Shown: positions 1 to 9,574 of the stretch, one piece after another
How positions within the stretch are numbered: position 1 is the first letter of the stretch
Layout of the letters: each line of letters begins with the position of its first letter
Source: Bacteriovoracaceae bacterium
GTDB lineage: Bacteria; Bdellovibrionota; Bacteriovoracia; Bacteriovoracales; Bacteriovoracaceae
Direction of reading: 5' to 3'
Assembly: GCA_947450475.1 (NCBI GenBank)
Contig: CANFVK010000005.1
Coordinates: 95,763-159,762, forward strand
DNA: 64,000 nucleotides
Translations under genes and position numbers: made by a program
Notes under the pieces: generated by a model
The model's input: only the letters and a program-made list of their open reading frames with translations
What the model was told of the DNA's origin: nothing
Database searches by the model: none

Positions 1-204
1 TTGAAAATATCTGAAGTTGAAGGAGATAAAGAATTTCATCCTACGGGACTTGCTCGACTTGAAGAGCGTTCTCCGGCGCAGGTATTAACTCCAAACGACG
101 AACCTCCTCTTTTTTTCTGGGGTGCTTTTGGGGTGCTAATCAGTTTCTTTGTTATGTTTTTTGTAAAAGTCGGCAACCACCCGAGTGCTTCTAAAAGTGA
201 ATAA
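1..204 (+). CDS. 3' fragment of an unidentified protein with a C-terminal hydrophobic helix (runs off the window edge)
   Basis: The frame is open from the window edge. The tail FFWGAFGVLISFFVMFFV is hydrophobic. No family motif recognised. Confidence 0.3.
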   Translation: MKISEVEGDKEFHPTGLARLEERSPAQVLTPNDEPPLFFWGAFGVLISFFVMFFVKVGNHPSASKSE

Positions 205-1978
205 CTTCAAAAAATATATTGCTTTTTGCTTGTGCTTTATTTTTTCACAAAATACTTTTGGCTATATTCACAGTATGACAAATAGTGGTGTTTCGCTAGC
301 GTGGACCCTTCCAGTTGGAAATCAGATTGAGATTTTTGTAAATCCCCAAAATAGTTTAACCATCCCGGAAGCTACGGTTCACACCATGGTGCAAAACGCG
401 ATTGACCAATGGAATGGAAAATCAAAAATCATCTTGCATAAAAATTCATCAGCAGGAAAAGATCAAGCAGATTTGAATGAACTTTATTTTTCTAATGATG
501 CTACTGTGTTTAACGGTACAGCGGTCTTGGGTGTGACCTTGGTCAATCACAACAATGACAATGGTCAAATTCTAGAAGCTGATATTTTAATCAATGAGAA
601 TTATCCATTTTCCAGTGACGTACTCGCAGAAAACTATTTGGGAAATGTTATTGCTCATGAAATGGGTCACTTCATTGGACTTGGCCATGGACAAGTCATT
701 GGGGCAACGATGTTTTATTCTGTGGCAAGAGGCCAATCGGAAATTTCTGAAGATGATAAAGCTGGAATTTATTCGATTTACCCAACATCCACGACTTCAT
801 TGGGCTCAATTAATGGAAGGATTATTGGAGGTAAAAATTTGACTTCTGTGTTTGGTGCGCAAGTGCAGGCTATATCCGTTAAAACTGGAAAGATAATGGG
901 AGCAGCTATTAGTCAAACCAATGGTTACTTTAAAATTGACGGACTAGCTCGCGATGATCAATACATAATATATACTAATCCTCTCGAGCAAATAGGCCTG
1001 CCTTCAAATTACTCAAGCGCTCAAAAAGATTTTTGCGAAGCCTCAAGCAATTATCGTGGAAGTTTTTTTCAATCTTGTGGTTCTAGCAATGAAGGGTTTC
1101 CTCAAGCGGTTTCACTGTCTAGTTTAACTTCTAGTGTGAACGTTGGTAACATTACTATTCGTTGTGGATTAGACTCGCCACCAAGTTATTTGCAAAAAAA
1201 GCATACGAATCCCAGTGAGTTTAACCTTGTCTCTTTTTCTTCCAATGGTATTGGTGGATCTTTTGTGGGGTTTTTTTCAAATGCAGAAATTATCAACCCT
1301 TCAACAAAAGATTATTTTAAAGTTGACCTAAAATCTGTTGACTGGACCAAGGTCTCCTCATCCAATTCACTTTATTTAGAGTTGAAAGTACTAAATCAAA
1401 ATTTCTATTCGCCCTTTAAGGCAAATCTTTCAGTCAATTATGCGGCCGTAAATCAAACCATAACGCCTAAGTATTCAGTTAGCACAGATGGATGGATTAA
1501 TATCGATACTATTTCAAGATTTCCCATTAACCGACTAAGTTCATCAGATAATGATTTTAATTTTACAATTAGTCCTGAATGGATGGAGCATCCTTATTTT
1601 CCCAAGGGCATGAGCCCGCCATATAGCAAATCAGATTTGTTTCCCGATTACATGGACTTCCAGGACAATTTTTATTTTTACTTGGTCATTGCAACTATAG
1701 TTAAAGATAACGGAGATGGAACTTTTACGCAGGTTTCATCAAGAATTGATACTTTGTCTGATAATACGCTTTGTCCTGATGCTGCCAATACCTATGCGTT
1801 ATCAAACTATAGTGCAACGGGTTCATCTTCTTCGAGCAATGATCGGCCAAGGGTAATTAGCTGTGCAACGGTAGATATGAATAACGGATCAGGAGGGGGG
1901 CCCGGAGGCTTTTTTATCGGATTAGTCCTGAGTGTTATCATCGCATATCTCTCAAGTAGATATAGCAAGATGGCTTAA
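185..1978 (+). CDS. Secreted metzincin (matrixin/M10-like) zinc metalloprotease with a Gly-rich plus TM plus basic C-terminal tail
   Basis: HEMGHFIGLGH (HExxHxxGxxH) at nt 656-688, followed by a Met-turn-like GATMFY. N-terminal signal-like KKYIAFCLCFIFSQNTFG. GTG start at 185 or 197. C-terminus is SGGGPGGFFIGLVLSVIIAYLSSRYSKMA. Confidence 0.75.
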   Translation: MLLKVNNFKKYIAFCLCFIFSQNTFGYIHSMTNSGVSLAWTLPVGNQIEIFVNPQNSLTIPEATVHTMVQNAIDQWNGKSKIILHKNSSAGKDQADLNELYFSNDATVFNGTAVLGVTLVNHNNDNGQILEADILINENYPFSSDVLAENYLGNVIAHEMGHFIGLGHGQVIGATMFYSVARGQSEISEDDKAGIYSIYPTSTTSLGSINGRIIGGKNLTSVFGAQVQAISVKTGKIMGAAISQTNGYFKIDGLARDDQYIIYTNPLEQIGLPSNYSSAQKDFCEASSNYRGSFFQSCGSSNEGFPQAVSLSSLTSSVNVGNITIRCGLDSPPSYLQKKHTNPSEFNLVSFSSNGIGGSFVGFFSNAEIINPSTKDYFKVDLKSVDWTKVSSSNSLYLELKVLNQNFYSPFKANLSVNYAAVNQTITPKYSVSTDGWINIDTISRFPINRLSSSDNDFNFTISPEWMEHPYFPKGMSPPYSKSDLFPDYMDFQDNFYFYLVIATIVKDNGDGTFTQVSSRIDTLSDNTLCPDAANTYALSNYSATGSSSSSNDRPRVISCATVDMNNGSGGGPGGFFIGLVLSVIIAYLSSRYSKMA

Positions 1979-2021
1979 GCTGATTTATACTTTTTAGGAG
2001 TATAATCAGTAGAGGCATTTA

Positions 2022-2504
2022 ATGAAATTTTCCCTTACTTTTCTATTATTCTTTCAGTTTATTTTCTTTGTGAACTTGAGAGCCCAAGATCTTTTAAAAG
2101 AAAGAATCAGAAAGCTTAGTAATAACAAAACGTCTATCTATATTGAAAAAGGTATTTTTCATAACGGTGGAGTTAAACAAGAATCGATTTTAAAATCCAT
2201 ACGGCAATCTTTTAATCCCAAACTGGGCTTTGAAAGAATTGTTATTGATTTTAATTCAACTCAAATCCCCAAAGTCTATGGGCATGTTAATTCGTTAGAA
2301 AAAAGAGTTTATATAGATTTTTTCGATACGACTCTCGCCAAAGATTTAGTATCTATTACGAGTACAAAATTTGTAGAAAAGGTCAACTTGTTCCCAATTG
2401 AAAGTAACTATCTATCTATGGAAATGAAACTTAAATCAAAAGTGAATGCTGATATTTTCTTTCTAGAAAATCCTGGTCGATTAGTTATTGATTTTAAAAA
2501 TTAA
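2022..2504 (+). CDS. Small secreted protein, AMIN-domain-like
   Basis: Signal peptide MKFSLTFLLFFQFIFFVNLRA. RVYIDF and RLVIDF strands resemble the AMIN fold. Lies immediately upstream of lon. Confidence 0.4.
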   Translation: MKFSLTFLLFFQFIFFVNLRAQDLLKERIRKLSNNKTSIYIEKGIFHNGGVKQESILKSIRQSFNPKLGFERIVIDFNSTQIPKVYGHVNSLEKRVYIDFFDTTLAKDLVSITSTKFVEKVNLFPIESNYLSMEMKLKSKVNADIFFLENPGRLVIDFKN

Positions 2505-2521
2505 ATTTGGAGAAATGGAAA

Positions 2522-5026
2522 ATGTCAGAAATTGAAAATGATTTCCAAGTAAAACTTAAACCTGCATCTGGAAAAGATGATTTACCAAAACTTCCCGAGA
2601 TCGTAGTCATTATTCCGATTATGAATAGTCCTATTTTTCCAGGAATGATTGCTCCCATTATTCTTTCAGAAGAGAAGTTCACTCCTGAGCTAGATGAGTC
2701 ACTTCTAAGAACTGGCTATGTTGCCCTGAATTTGGTTAAGAACGAACTCAAGGACGAAGAAGGCGCGATTATCCCTGAAGAAGATATAGACTTTGAAAAA
2801 AGAGAAATCAAATCTGGAGACATTTATAAGGTCGGAGTACTTTGTAAGGTAGTTAAGAAATTAAAGCTACCTGATGGATCAGTAAATATTTTGGTTCACG
2901 GAATGAAGCGCTATCGTGCGTCTGAGATTTTATCTGAAGCTCCAATCTTAAAAACTAGAATTGAAGTATTTGATGATATTTTAGAAACAGATGAAGAACT
3001 AGATGCTTATACTCGCTCTGTTATTAATCAAGTAAAGAAACTCTCTGAAATTAACCCTTATTTTAATGAAGAAATGAAGTTGGCCATGCTCAATTCACCT
3101 TCACCTGGAGCTCTTGCTGATTTGGTTGCTTTTGCCATTTCGCTTGATATTCCCGAGGCTCAAGATTTCCTAGAAACTCTTGTTGTTAAAAAAAGATTTG
3201 CCAAGTTGCTAGTCTATTTAAAAAGAGAAAAAGATGTTGCCGACATTCAGAAAAAAATATCTGATGAAGTTAATGATAAAGTTAACAAATATCAGCGTGA
3301 GTATTTTCTTCGCGAACAATTAAAAGTTATTCGTTCTGAACTTGGCATGGAAGAAGACGAAAAAACTCGAGACATCAAGAGGATTAAAGAAGAAATAGAA
3401 AAAGTAGGAATGCCTGAAGCCGTATTAAAGACGGCAAAAGAAGAACTGGAAAGACTTGAGCTTATTCCCGATAGTTCTCCAGAATACAACGTTGCGCGAA
3501 CATATCTTAATTGGATGATAGAGTTGCCATGGAAGAAATCTTCTGATGACAACATCGATATTGCTGCCTCTCGAAAAATTTTAGAAAAAGATCATTACGG
3601 ATTAGAAAAAGCTAAAGAGAGAATTTTAGAGTTCTTGGCTGTAAGAAAATTAAAGCCCTCCTACGATGGAACCATACTTTGTCTGGCTGGTCCTCCTGGA
3701 GTCGGTAAAACATCATTAGGTAAAAGTATTGCAGCTTCCCTAGGTAGAACATTTTATCGATTTTCGCTAGGGGGAATGCGAGATGAAGCAGAAATCAAGG
3801 GACATAGAAGAACATATGTTGGAGCAATGCCTGGTAAAATTATTCAAGCGCTGAAGCGAGTTGAAGTGAATAATCCAGTTATTATGCTTGATGAAATTGA
3901 TAAAATTGGTAAAAGCTTTCAAGGTGATCCTGCTTCGGCGTTACTTGAAGTTTTAGATCCAGAGCAAAACTCAAACTTTATTGATAACTATCTTGATATT
4001 CCATTTGATCTTTCAAAAGTTCTTTTTATTGCAACGGCAAATTATATTAATGATATTCCAGAGGCATTGCTTGATAGAATGGAAGTCATTGAGTTGTCTG
4101 GCTACACTTTGGAGGAAAAGGTTAATATAACGACCAAATGGATTATACCTCGCCAATTAAAAAAGCATGGTCTTACTAAATCAGATTTTTCATTGAACCT
4201 GAACGTCATTAAAAAGGTTATTGCAGATTATGCGCGTGAACCGGGCGTTCGTGTGCTTGAGCAACAAATTGCAAAATTGTGCCGAAGAGCTGCTTTAGAA
4301 AAAGTATCTCATCCTAAAAAGAAGTTGCGCTTTACGCCGACTATTCAAAACTTAGAATCCATGTTGGGAACTCCTCGTTTTCAATCTGAGTCAGCTGAAA
4401 AGAAAAATAAACCAGGGGTTGTTACCGGTTTGGCGTGGACGGCTTATGGCGGAGAAATTCTCTTTATCGAAACTCTTCCACTTAAAGGTAAGGGATTCAA
4501 ACTCACGGGACAGCTTGGTGGAGTTATGAATGAGTCGGCTAATTTAGCCTATTCTTATGTTAAGAAATTACTGCAAAATGAAATTGATGATGCCGAAAAA
4601 TCAAAAATTAAAGAATCCAAAAAATTAAAAGCAATTCCAGTTGTAGATCTTAAATCAAAAGTTGAAATTGAAGATTATCTTGCTGGTCACGAGGTGCACT
4701 TGCACTTACCAGCGGGAGCAACTCCCAAAGATGGACCAAGTGCTGGAATCACGATGGCTTTAGCCCTGTATAGTTTAGCCACCAATAAAGCAGTAAACTC
4801 AGATCTGGCCATGACTGGAGAGTTGAGCTTAACTGGTAAGGTTATGCCGGTAGGAGGAATTAAAGAAAAAGTCCTAGCTGCCAAAAGGGCGGGAATCAAA
4901 AATATTATATTGCCAAAGCAAAATGAAAAAGACCTCAAAGAAGTTCCTGTTCTGCATAGAAAAGGAATGAAATTTTTTCCAGTTTCTCATTTTGATGAAG
5001 TTTTAAAAATCGCACTTAAGAAATAA
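2522..5026 (+). CDS. lon: ATP-dependent Lon protease (LonA), paralog 1
   Basis: Walker A GPPGVGKTS. Catalytic-Ser motif PKDGPSAGITMA. LON N-domain. The ATG at 2522 is preceded by GGAGA; the track ORF starts at an upstream TTG at 2507. Confidence 0.95.
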   Translation: MSEIENDFQVKLKPASGKDDLPKLPEIVVIIPIMNSPIFPGMIAPIILSEEKFTPELDESLLRTGYVALNLVKNELKDEEGAIIPEEDIDFEKREIKSGDIYKVGVLCKVVKKLKLPDGSVNILVHGMKRYRASEILSEAPILKTRIEVFDDILETDEELDAYTRSVINQVKKLSEINPYFNEEMKLAMLNSPSPGALADLVAFAISLDIPEAQDFLETLVVKKRFAKLLVYLKREKDVADIQKKISDEVNDKVNKYQREYFLREQLKVIRSELGMEEDEKTRDIKRIKEEIEKVGMPEAVLKTAKEELERLELIPDSSPEYNVARTYLNWMIELPWKKSSDDNIDIAASRKILEKDHYGLEKAKERILEFLAVRKLKPSYDGTILCLAGPPGVGKTSLGKSIAASLGRTFYRFSLGGMRDEAEIKGHRRTYVGAMPGKIIQALKRVEVNNPVIMLDEIDKIGKSFQGDPASALLEVLDPEQNSNFIDNYLDIPFDLSKVLFIATANYINDIPEALLDRMEVIELSGYTLEEKVNITTKWIIPRQLKKHGLTKSDFSLNLNVIKKVIADYAREPGVRVLEQQIAKLCRRAALEKVSHPKKKLRFTPTIQNLESMLGTPRFQSESAEKKNKPGVVTGLAWTAYGGEILFIETLPLKGKGFKLTGQLGGVMNESANLAYSYVKKLLQNEIDDAEKSKIKESKKLKAIPVVDLKSKVEIEDYLAGHEVHLHLPAGATPKDGPSAGITMALALYSLATNKAVNSDLAMTGELSLTGKVMPVGGIKEKVLAAKRAGIKNIILPKQNEKDLKEVPVLHRKGMKFFPVSHFDEVLKIALKK

Positions 5027-5032
5027 TAATTT

Positions 5033-6046
5033 TCAGGCCGCCTTCTGGGCGGCTTGGATTTTTGGAAAGACCATTTTAAAACAAGTGTTGGGGCTATTTT
5101 TATCAAGATAAAATTGTCCGCCATGACTTTCAATTATACTTTTAGAAATACTTAATCCAAGTCCCGTTCCTTTACCCACATCTTTGGTTGTAAAAAACGG
5201 GTTCATTATTTTATCAGCAACTTCTGGAGGAATTTTTCCAGAATCAGAAACTACTAGGACGACCTCATTATTAGTTTCATAGGAGCTGATTTTAATTTGG
5301 GGGTTTTCTAAATTTTCGATAGCATCTACTGAGTTGTTAATTAAATTGATAAGCACTTGTGAGATTTGAACAGATCTTACATCGATCAAGAGATTTGGGT
5401 CCAGTTCATTTATGTCCAAGGTGATTGATTTAGTTTTCAATGTCATTTGAGATAGAAAAAATACGTCATCGACAATATTGCCGATGGGAGTGCTGACCGT
5501 CGGATCTTCTTCTCCTCGACGAGATATTGAACGAAGTGATTTTATGATCTTTTCAATTCGAAAAACGGTTGAGTGAACTTTCTTGGCATAGTCATTTATT
5601 AGCGCCATATTGGGGGAGTCTGATTCGACTTGATTGCGAATGCGCGATGTATAGCCTGAAATAATGGTTAATGGATTATTGATTTCATGGGCCACTGAGC
5701 CCGCCATTTCTCCTAATGAAGACAGCTTTGAGTTTCGATTAATGAGAATTTGTTTCTCATCGATTGTATCTAGTGTTTTATTAATTTGGGAGGCAAGTTC
5801 ACCAATTTCGTCATTTGATTCCACTGATACGCGCTTTTGATCGCTATGATTTTGAGAAATGTTCTCAAGTTGAGACTTAAGCTTAGAGATGGGCTTTATA
5901 AAAATATTATAAGCTAGCCATATTAAAAAGCCTTTTTCCAAGACTTCGAAAAAGACGCCATATTTATTTAGATAAAAATTTACGTGAGCAATTACAGCAG
6001 AAGCGATTGTTAACAAAAAAAGCTTATGGTGGAGTTTCATTCTCAT
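5033..6046 (-). CDS. Membrane sensor histidine kinase (HisKA + HATPase_c); no cognate regulator adjacent
   Basis: H-box SVAHEINNPL, N-box LINLINNSVDA, G-boxes DSGKIP and GTGLGLSISKSII. N-terminal TM segments. Confidence 0.85.
   Translation of the reverse strand: MRMKLHHKLFLLTIASAVIAHVNFYLNKYGVFFEVLEKGFLIWLAYNIFIKPISKLKSQLENISQNHSDQKRVSVESNDEIGELASQINKTLDTIDEKQILINRNSKLSSLGEMAGSVAHEINNPLTIISGYTSRIRNQVESDSPNMALINDYAKKVHSTVFRIEKIIKSLRSISRRGEEDPTVSTPIGNIVDDVFFLSQMTLKTKSITLDINELDPNLLIDVRSVQISQVLINLINNSVDAIENLENPQIKISSYETNNEVVLVVSDSGKIPPEVADKIMNPFFTTKDVGKGTGLGLSISKSIIESHGGQFYLDKNSPNTCFKMVFPKIQAAQKAA
5036..5060 (+). terminator. Hairpin plus T-run downstream of lon (overlaps the 3' end of the convergent kinase gene)
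   Basis: GCCGCC-ttctg-GGCGGC followed by ttggattttt. Confidence 0.45.
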
Positions 6047-6203
6047 CCTATTTTTTGAATCTTATAAGAAGAGGCCAGATCTCCTCCGACCTCTTTTTCA
6101 CCATTCGCAACAGATACACTTTTCCCCTGAAATCCAAGCGCATCTAATAGTGTAAAAGACTTATCGGATAAAAATTAATTTCTTTAATAGCGAGCCAAAA
6201 TGG

Positions 6204-6232
6204 CAAAAAAAAACCGCCTAAAATAGGCGGTC
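6204..6232 (-). terminator. Rho-independent terminator after rpoZ
   Basis: On the minus strand: ACCGCCT-atttt-AGGCGGT followed by a run of T (the A-run at 6204-6213 on the plus strand). Confidence 0.7.
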
Positions 6233-6257
6233 TTTATGTGAAAATGGTTAATTAAAA

Positions 6258-6470
6258 TTAGAATTCGTCAGAATCGTATTCGCTGATAGGAGCATGCTTA
6301 ATTTTTCCAGCAGCAATTTCTCTAAGTGCCGTTACGACTTCTTTGTTTTTCGACTTAACTAAAGGGTCAGCACCATCGCGAAGTTGTTTTACTCGTTTAG
6401 TTGCCAAGTGAACCAGCTCATATCTGTTTTCAACTTTCTCTAAGCAATCTTCAATTGTGATTCTTGCCAT
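6258..6470 (-). CDS. rpoZ: DNA-directed RNA polymerase subunit omega
   Basis: [30 protein letters not shown] is the canonical RpoZ N-terminus. 70 aa. Confidence 0.9.
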   Translation of the reverse strand: MARITIEDCLEKVENRYELVHLATKRVKQLRDGADPLVKSKNKEVVTALREIAAGKIKHAPISEYDSDEF

Positions 6471-6518
6471 GGATATCTCCTGCCAAAAAGGCGCTTATTA
6501 GGGATTATAGAACTTTAG

Positions 6519-6547
6519 GTTATATTCCTAAAGTGCATTTTTGTCAA
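6519..6547 (-). promoter_or_regulatory. Sigma-70-like promoter upstream of rpoZ
   Basis: Minus strand reads TTGACA-N17-TATAAC, in the intergenic gap between the acyl-CoA ligase and rpoZ. Confidence 0.4.
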
Positions 6548-6563
6548 AGTGTGAGCAGGACAA

Positions 6564-8396
6564 TTATGACTCCAGTTTTTTGTACAGAGCGTCTATAGCA
6601 TTTGCATAAGTTTTGAGGATCACTTTTTTCTTTAGTTTCAGCGAGGGGGTAAGTTGGCCATTTTCAATAGTAAACTCAGCTGGAGCGATCATGAAGCCCT
6701 TTATTGACTCAAAACTTGCCAGCTCGGCATTGGCCATTTCAACTTCCTTTTCCAGTACTTGGTAAATGCTAGCTTGCGCCGCTAAGGTTTCATAATCGGG
6801 CCGTCCAGAAATCCCCATGGAGTCCAGCTCGTCGAGAAATGACTCTCGGTCAAGGCAAAGAATGGCCACCAAGAATTTGCGCTTATCTCCCACCACTAGG
6901 GCATTAGAAATATGCTTTTGAAGTTTAAGTAAATTTTCAATTTTTTGAGGAGCAACATTTTTACCGGCACTAGTAATGATAATGTCTTTTTTGCGGTCAG
7001 TGATTTTAATATATCCCTCAGGGGTCAGTTCTCCTATATCACCGGTTAAAAACCAACCCTCATTATTAAAAGACTCTTTGGTGGCAGTATCGTTTTTATA
7101 GTAATAAGAAAAAAGAGCCTGTGTCTTAACTAGTATTTCTCCATCCTCTGCAAACTTAATTTGTACGTCACCCAGCGGAAGTCCTATGGCTCCTGGAATT
7201 TGGCGAACGACAGGATTAAGAACACAGGGAGCAATCGTTTCAGTGAGCCCATAGCCTTCAAGAATCGTTAAATTGGCAAACTGCAGAAAGCTCATGATCT
7301 CGGGAGAAAGTGGCGCTCCACCTGAAACCAAGAATCGGATTCGACCACCAAATCGATTATAGATTTTTTGGAAAACAAGTTTATAGGCCAAGTTTTTTTG
7401 AAGAATTTCAAAGGTTGTTGGTGCCTTATCATGATTAATTTTATCAAAATAAACTTTAGAAGCATGTTGGGCCCAATCAAAGACTTTCTTTTTTAGGTCA
7501 GATTCCTTTTGAATCTGATCCATTATTTTTGAGTAAACTTTTTCAAAAATCCGCGGAACGGATATTAATATACTAGGCTTTGCGATTTGAAGATTGTCGA
7601 CTACTTTATCAATGGATTCAGCATAAACACCTTCTAGCTCAAAAATTAAATTTAAAAATGAATCGCATCTACCCAACACATGAGAAAGCGGCAGAAAAAT
7701 CAGCGAGCGATCATTGGGAAGAATATTAGTTCGAAGTGCATTGTAGACGTTTTCTAACATGGCACTAAACGCTTTTTGTGAAATCACTGCACCCTTTGGT
7801 TCACCGGTTGTGCCTGAGGTGTAGATGATGGAGGCAATGTCATGTGGATCACTGCTATAGATTGATTCTTCAAAAAGTTTAGGTGACTTTTGAAACTCGT
7901 CTTGTCCCAATTTAATAAATTGTTCTAAAGATAAAAAACTAATGCCTTCTTTGAGCTTTAGTATTAATTCTTCAGAAACATTCTTAAGTCCAATGATTTG
8001 TTTTAAATATTTTAATTGATCTTGAACTTCGATGATTTTTAGAAGTTGGCTTTCATTTTCAAGAACAAGAAAGCTAGATTCACTATGGTTGAGGATATAC
8101 TCAACTTCATGAGCTAAGTAGGTAGGATATACAGGAATAACAATCGCGCGTGCACACATTGAGGCCAGGTCAAAAAAATGCCATTCTTTACTCGAATTTC
8201 CAAGGATGGCAACTTTGTCTTGAATCGACAGACCTTGCGCGATAAGTCCATAGAAAAGAGTCCTGACTTTTTGCATATATTCTTCATTAGAAATGAAGTG
8301 TAGTTCATTCTGATCTATCCAGCCGATGGCATTTTTTCGCGGCGACTTTGAAGTTTTTCTTAAAAATATTTTAGAAATTGTTTTATCAATATTCAT
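6564..8396 (-). CDS. Long-chain-fatty-acid--CoA ligase / AMP-dependent synthetase
   Basis: AMP-binding signature YTSGTTGEPKGA. GYGLTE-like EGYGLTET. 610 aa, typical of FadD/FAA-like ligases. Confidence 0.85.
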   Translation of the reverse strand: MNIDKTISKIFLRKTSKSPRKNAIGWIDQNELHFISNEEYMQKVRTLFYGLIAQGLSIQDKVAILGNSSKEWHFFDLASMCARAIVIPVYPTYLAHEVEYILNHSESSFLVLENESQLLKIIEVQDQLKYLKQIIGLKNVSEELILKLKEGISFLSLEQFIKLGQDEFQKSPKLFEESIYSSDPHDIASIIYTSGTTGEPKGAVISQKAFSAMLENVYNALRTNILPNDRSLIFLPLSHVLGRCDSFLNLIFELEGVYAESIDKVVDNLQIAKPSILISVPRIFEKVYSKIMDQIQKESDLKKKVFDWAQHASKVYFDKINHDKAPTTFEILQKNLAYKLVFQKIYNRFGGRIRFLVSGGAPLSPEIMSFLQFANLTILEGYGLTETIAPCVLNPVVRQIPGAIGLPLGDVQIKFAEDGEILVKTQALFSYYYKNDTATKESFNNEGWFLTGDIGELTPEGYIKITDRKKDIIITSAGKNVAPQKIENLLKLQKHISNALVVGDKRKFLVAILCLDRESFLDELDSMGISGRPDYETLAAQASIYQVLEKEVEMANAELASFESIKGFMIAPAEFTIENGQLTPSLKLKKKVILKTYANAIDALYKKLES

Positions 8397-8499
8397 TAAA
8401 TTGCCTGCTATGTAATAAGTAGTATAAATTTCGGTACGTTAATAAAAAAACTGATGAATATTCTTTGGATAATAACACTAAACAATACCGGAGTGTTTT

Positions 8500-8760
8500 A
8501 TGCAAGATCTTATTCTCATAATTAGTCGCTGCCTTTCATTGAGAAGTAGTCCGAAGACACATAAGAGTTTTTATTGTTTTCACTTCAAGGGCTTTTACGC
8601 AGGTGAAAAAATAAAAATAATTCATTTATTTCCTCCCGTCTACGGCCCTATTCAGGAACAGTTGATCAAGGGAGAAGATTATTTGTTATGGGTAAAAAGG
8701 AAAAATGTTAAAGCAGGTGTGTTAGAGGTGGAACTTATTTCATGCAAAAAAATAATTTAA
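8500..8760 (+). CDS. Hypothetical small protein
   Basis: ORF with GGAG upstream of the ATG. No motif recognised. Confidence 0.3.
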   Translation: MQDLILIISRCLSLRSSPKTHKSFYCFHFKGFYAGEKIKIIHLFPPVYGPIQEQLIKGEDYLLWVKRKNVKAGVLEVELISCKKII

Positions 8761-8808
8761 AGCAATGGGAAATGATCATGCTAAACTTAGAATCCATGGA
8801 GGCTACTT

Positions 8809-9045
8809 ATGTCAAATGAAGATATTACAGTTGAAGAATTAGTCGCGGGAGAGCGAAAATTCTTGCACGATATAGCAAATCACATAGTCGTGGCTCAGGG
8901 GATGAGCAGTTTGGTATTAAAAGTGATCAAAGAAAACAAAAATGTTGATTCAAAAGAAATTGACCGATTAGAAAAAGCGGTAGAAGCCATTAATAAAATG
9001 ACAGCTCTGCTTCGAGAGAGAAGAGGTTTATTGCATTCCGTTTAA
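8809..9045 (+). CDS. Stand-alone DHp (HisKA-like) two-helix protein
   Basis: GGAGG RBS. H-box-like FLHDIANHI followed by a second predicted helix. No ATPase domain. 78 aa. Confidence 0.5.
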   Translation: MSNEDITVEELVAGERKFLHDIANHIVVAQGMSSLVLKVIKENKNVDSKEIDRLEKAVEAINKMTALLRERRGLLHSV

Positions 9046-9049
9046 TAAA

Positions 9050-9454
9050 TTATTTAACGTGTGCACTCACCACATCACCGATCATAAGTTTTCCAACTTC
9101 AAATACAGGCGTTTCTTCTTCGCTCTCAAGTTTGTTTAAGACTCCAATGGCAGAAGCTTCTTCGACATGCAACACTTTGACTTCACCGATTTTAATCTTA
9201 TGGTTGAATCGTTTTTTGCTTTCGTAGGGATCCAATACTGAAACGACCCGATACACATCAAGAACTGAGCCTTTGGTGACTCCTTGATTTTTTCCCATAT
9301 CAACATAAAAATTTTTGCGAAGCACCTCTTTTTCAACTCCCATGGGAATATCTTGAGAAATACTATAGATCACATAATCTTTCGCAATGGCCATAGAAGC
9401 TGTAAAGGCTAAGGTCACCATAAAAATAACAGGTAATTCAAAATATTTTTTCAT
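9050..9454 (-). CDS. Hypothetical secreted protein
   Basis: Signal peptide MKKYFELPVIFMVTLAFTASMAIA. No family recognised. Confidence 0.5.
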   Translation of the reverse strand: MKKYFELPVIFMVTLAFTASMAIAKDYVIYSISQDIPMGVEKEVLRKNFYVDMGKNQGVTKGSVLDVYRVVSVLDPYESKKRFNHKIKIGEVKVLHVEEASAIGVLNKLESEEETPVFEVGKLMIGDVVSAHVK

Positions 9455-9574
9455 CTTTCTTGTCCTTATTCAAAGTGCAGTCTTCGAATCTATAATTAAT
9501 ATCGGAACAAAAAAATGTAGGTTAAAAACTAATTATGGAATTGAGGCTTCAAGGTAAGATTTGCCTATCATCAT

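Noticed and set aside
6047-6203. Possible small RNA or ORF between rpoZ and the histidine kinase gene
   Set aside because: Only a weak 6-bp hairpin (AAGAGG...CCTCTT), with no conserved RNA motif I can recognise. It is most simply the kinase promoter and leader.
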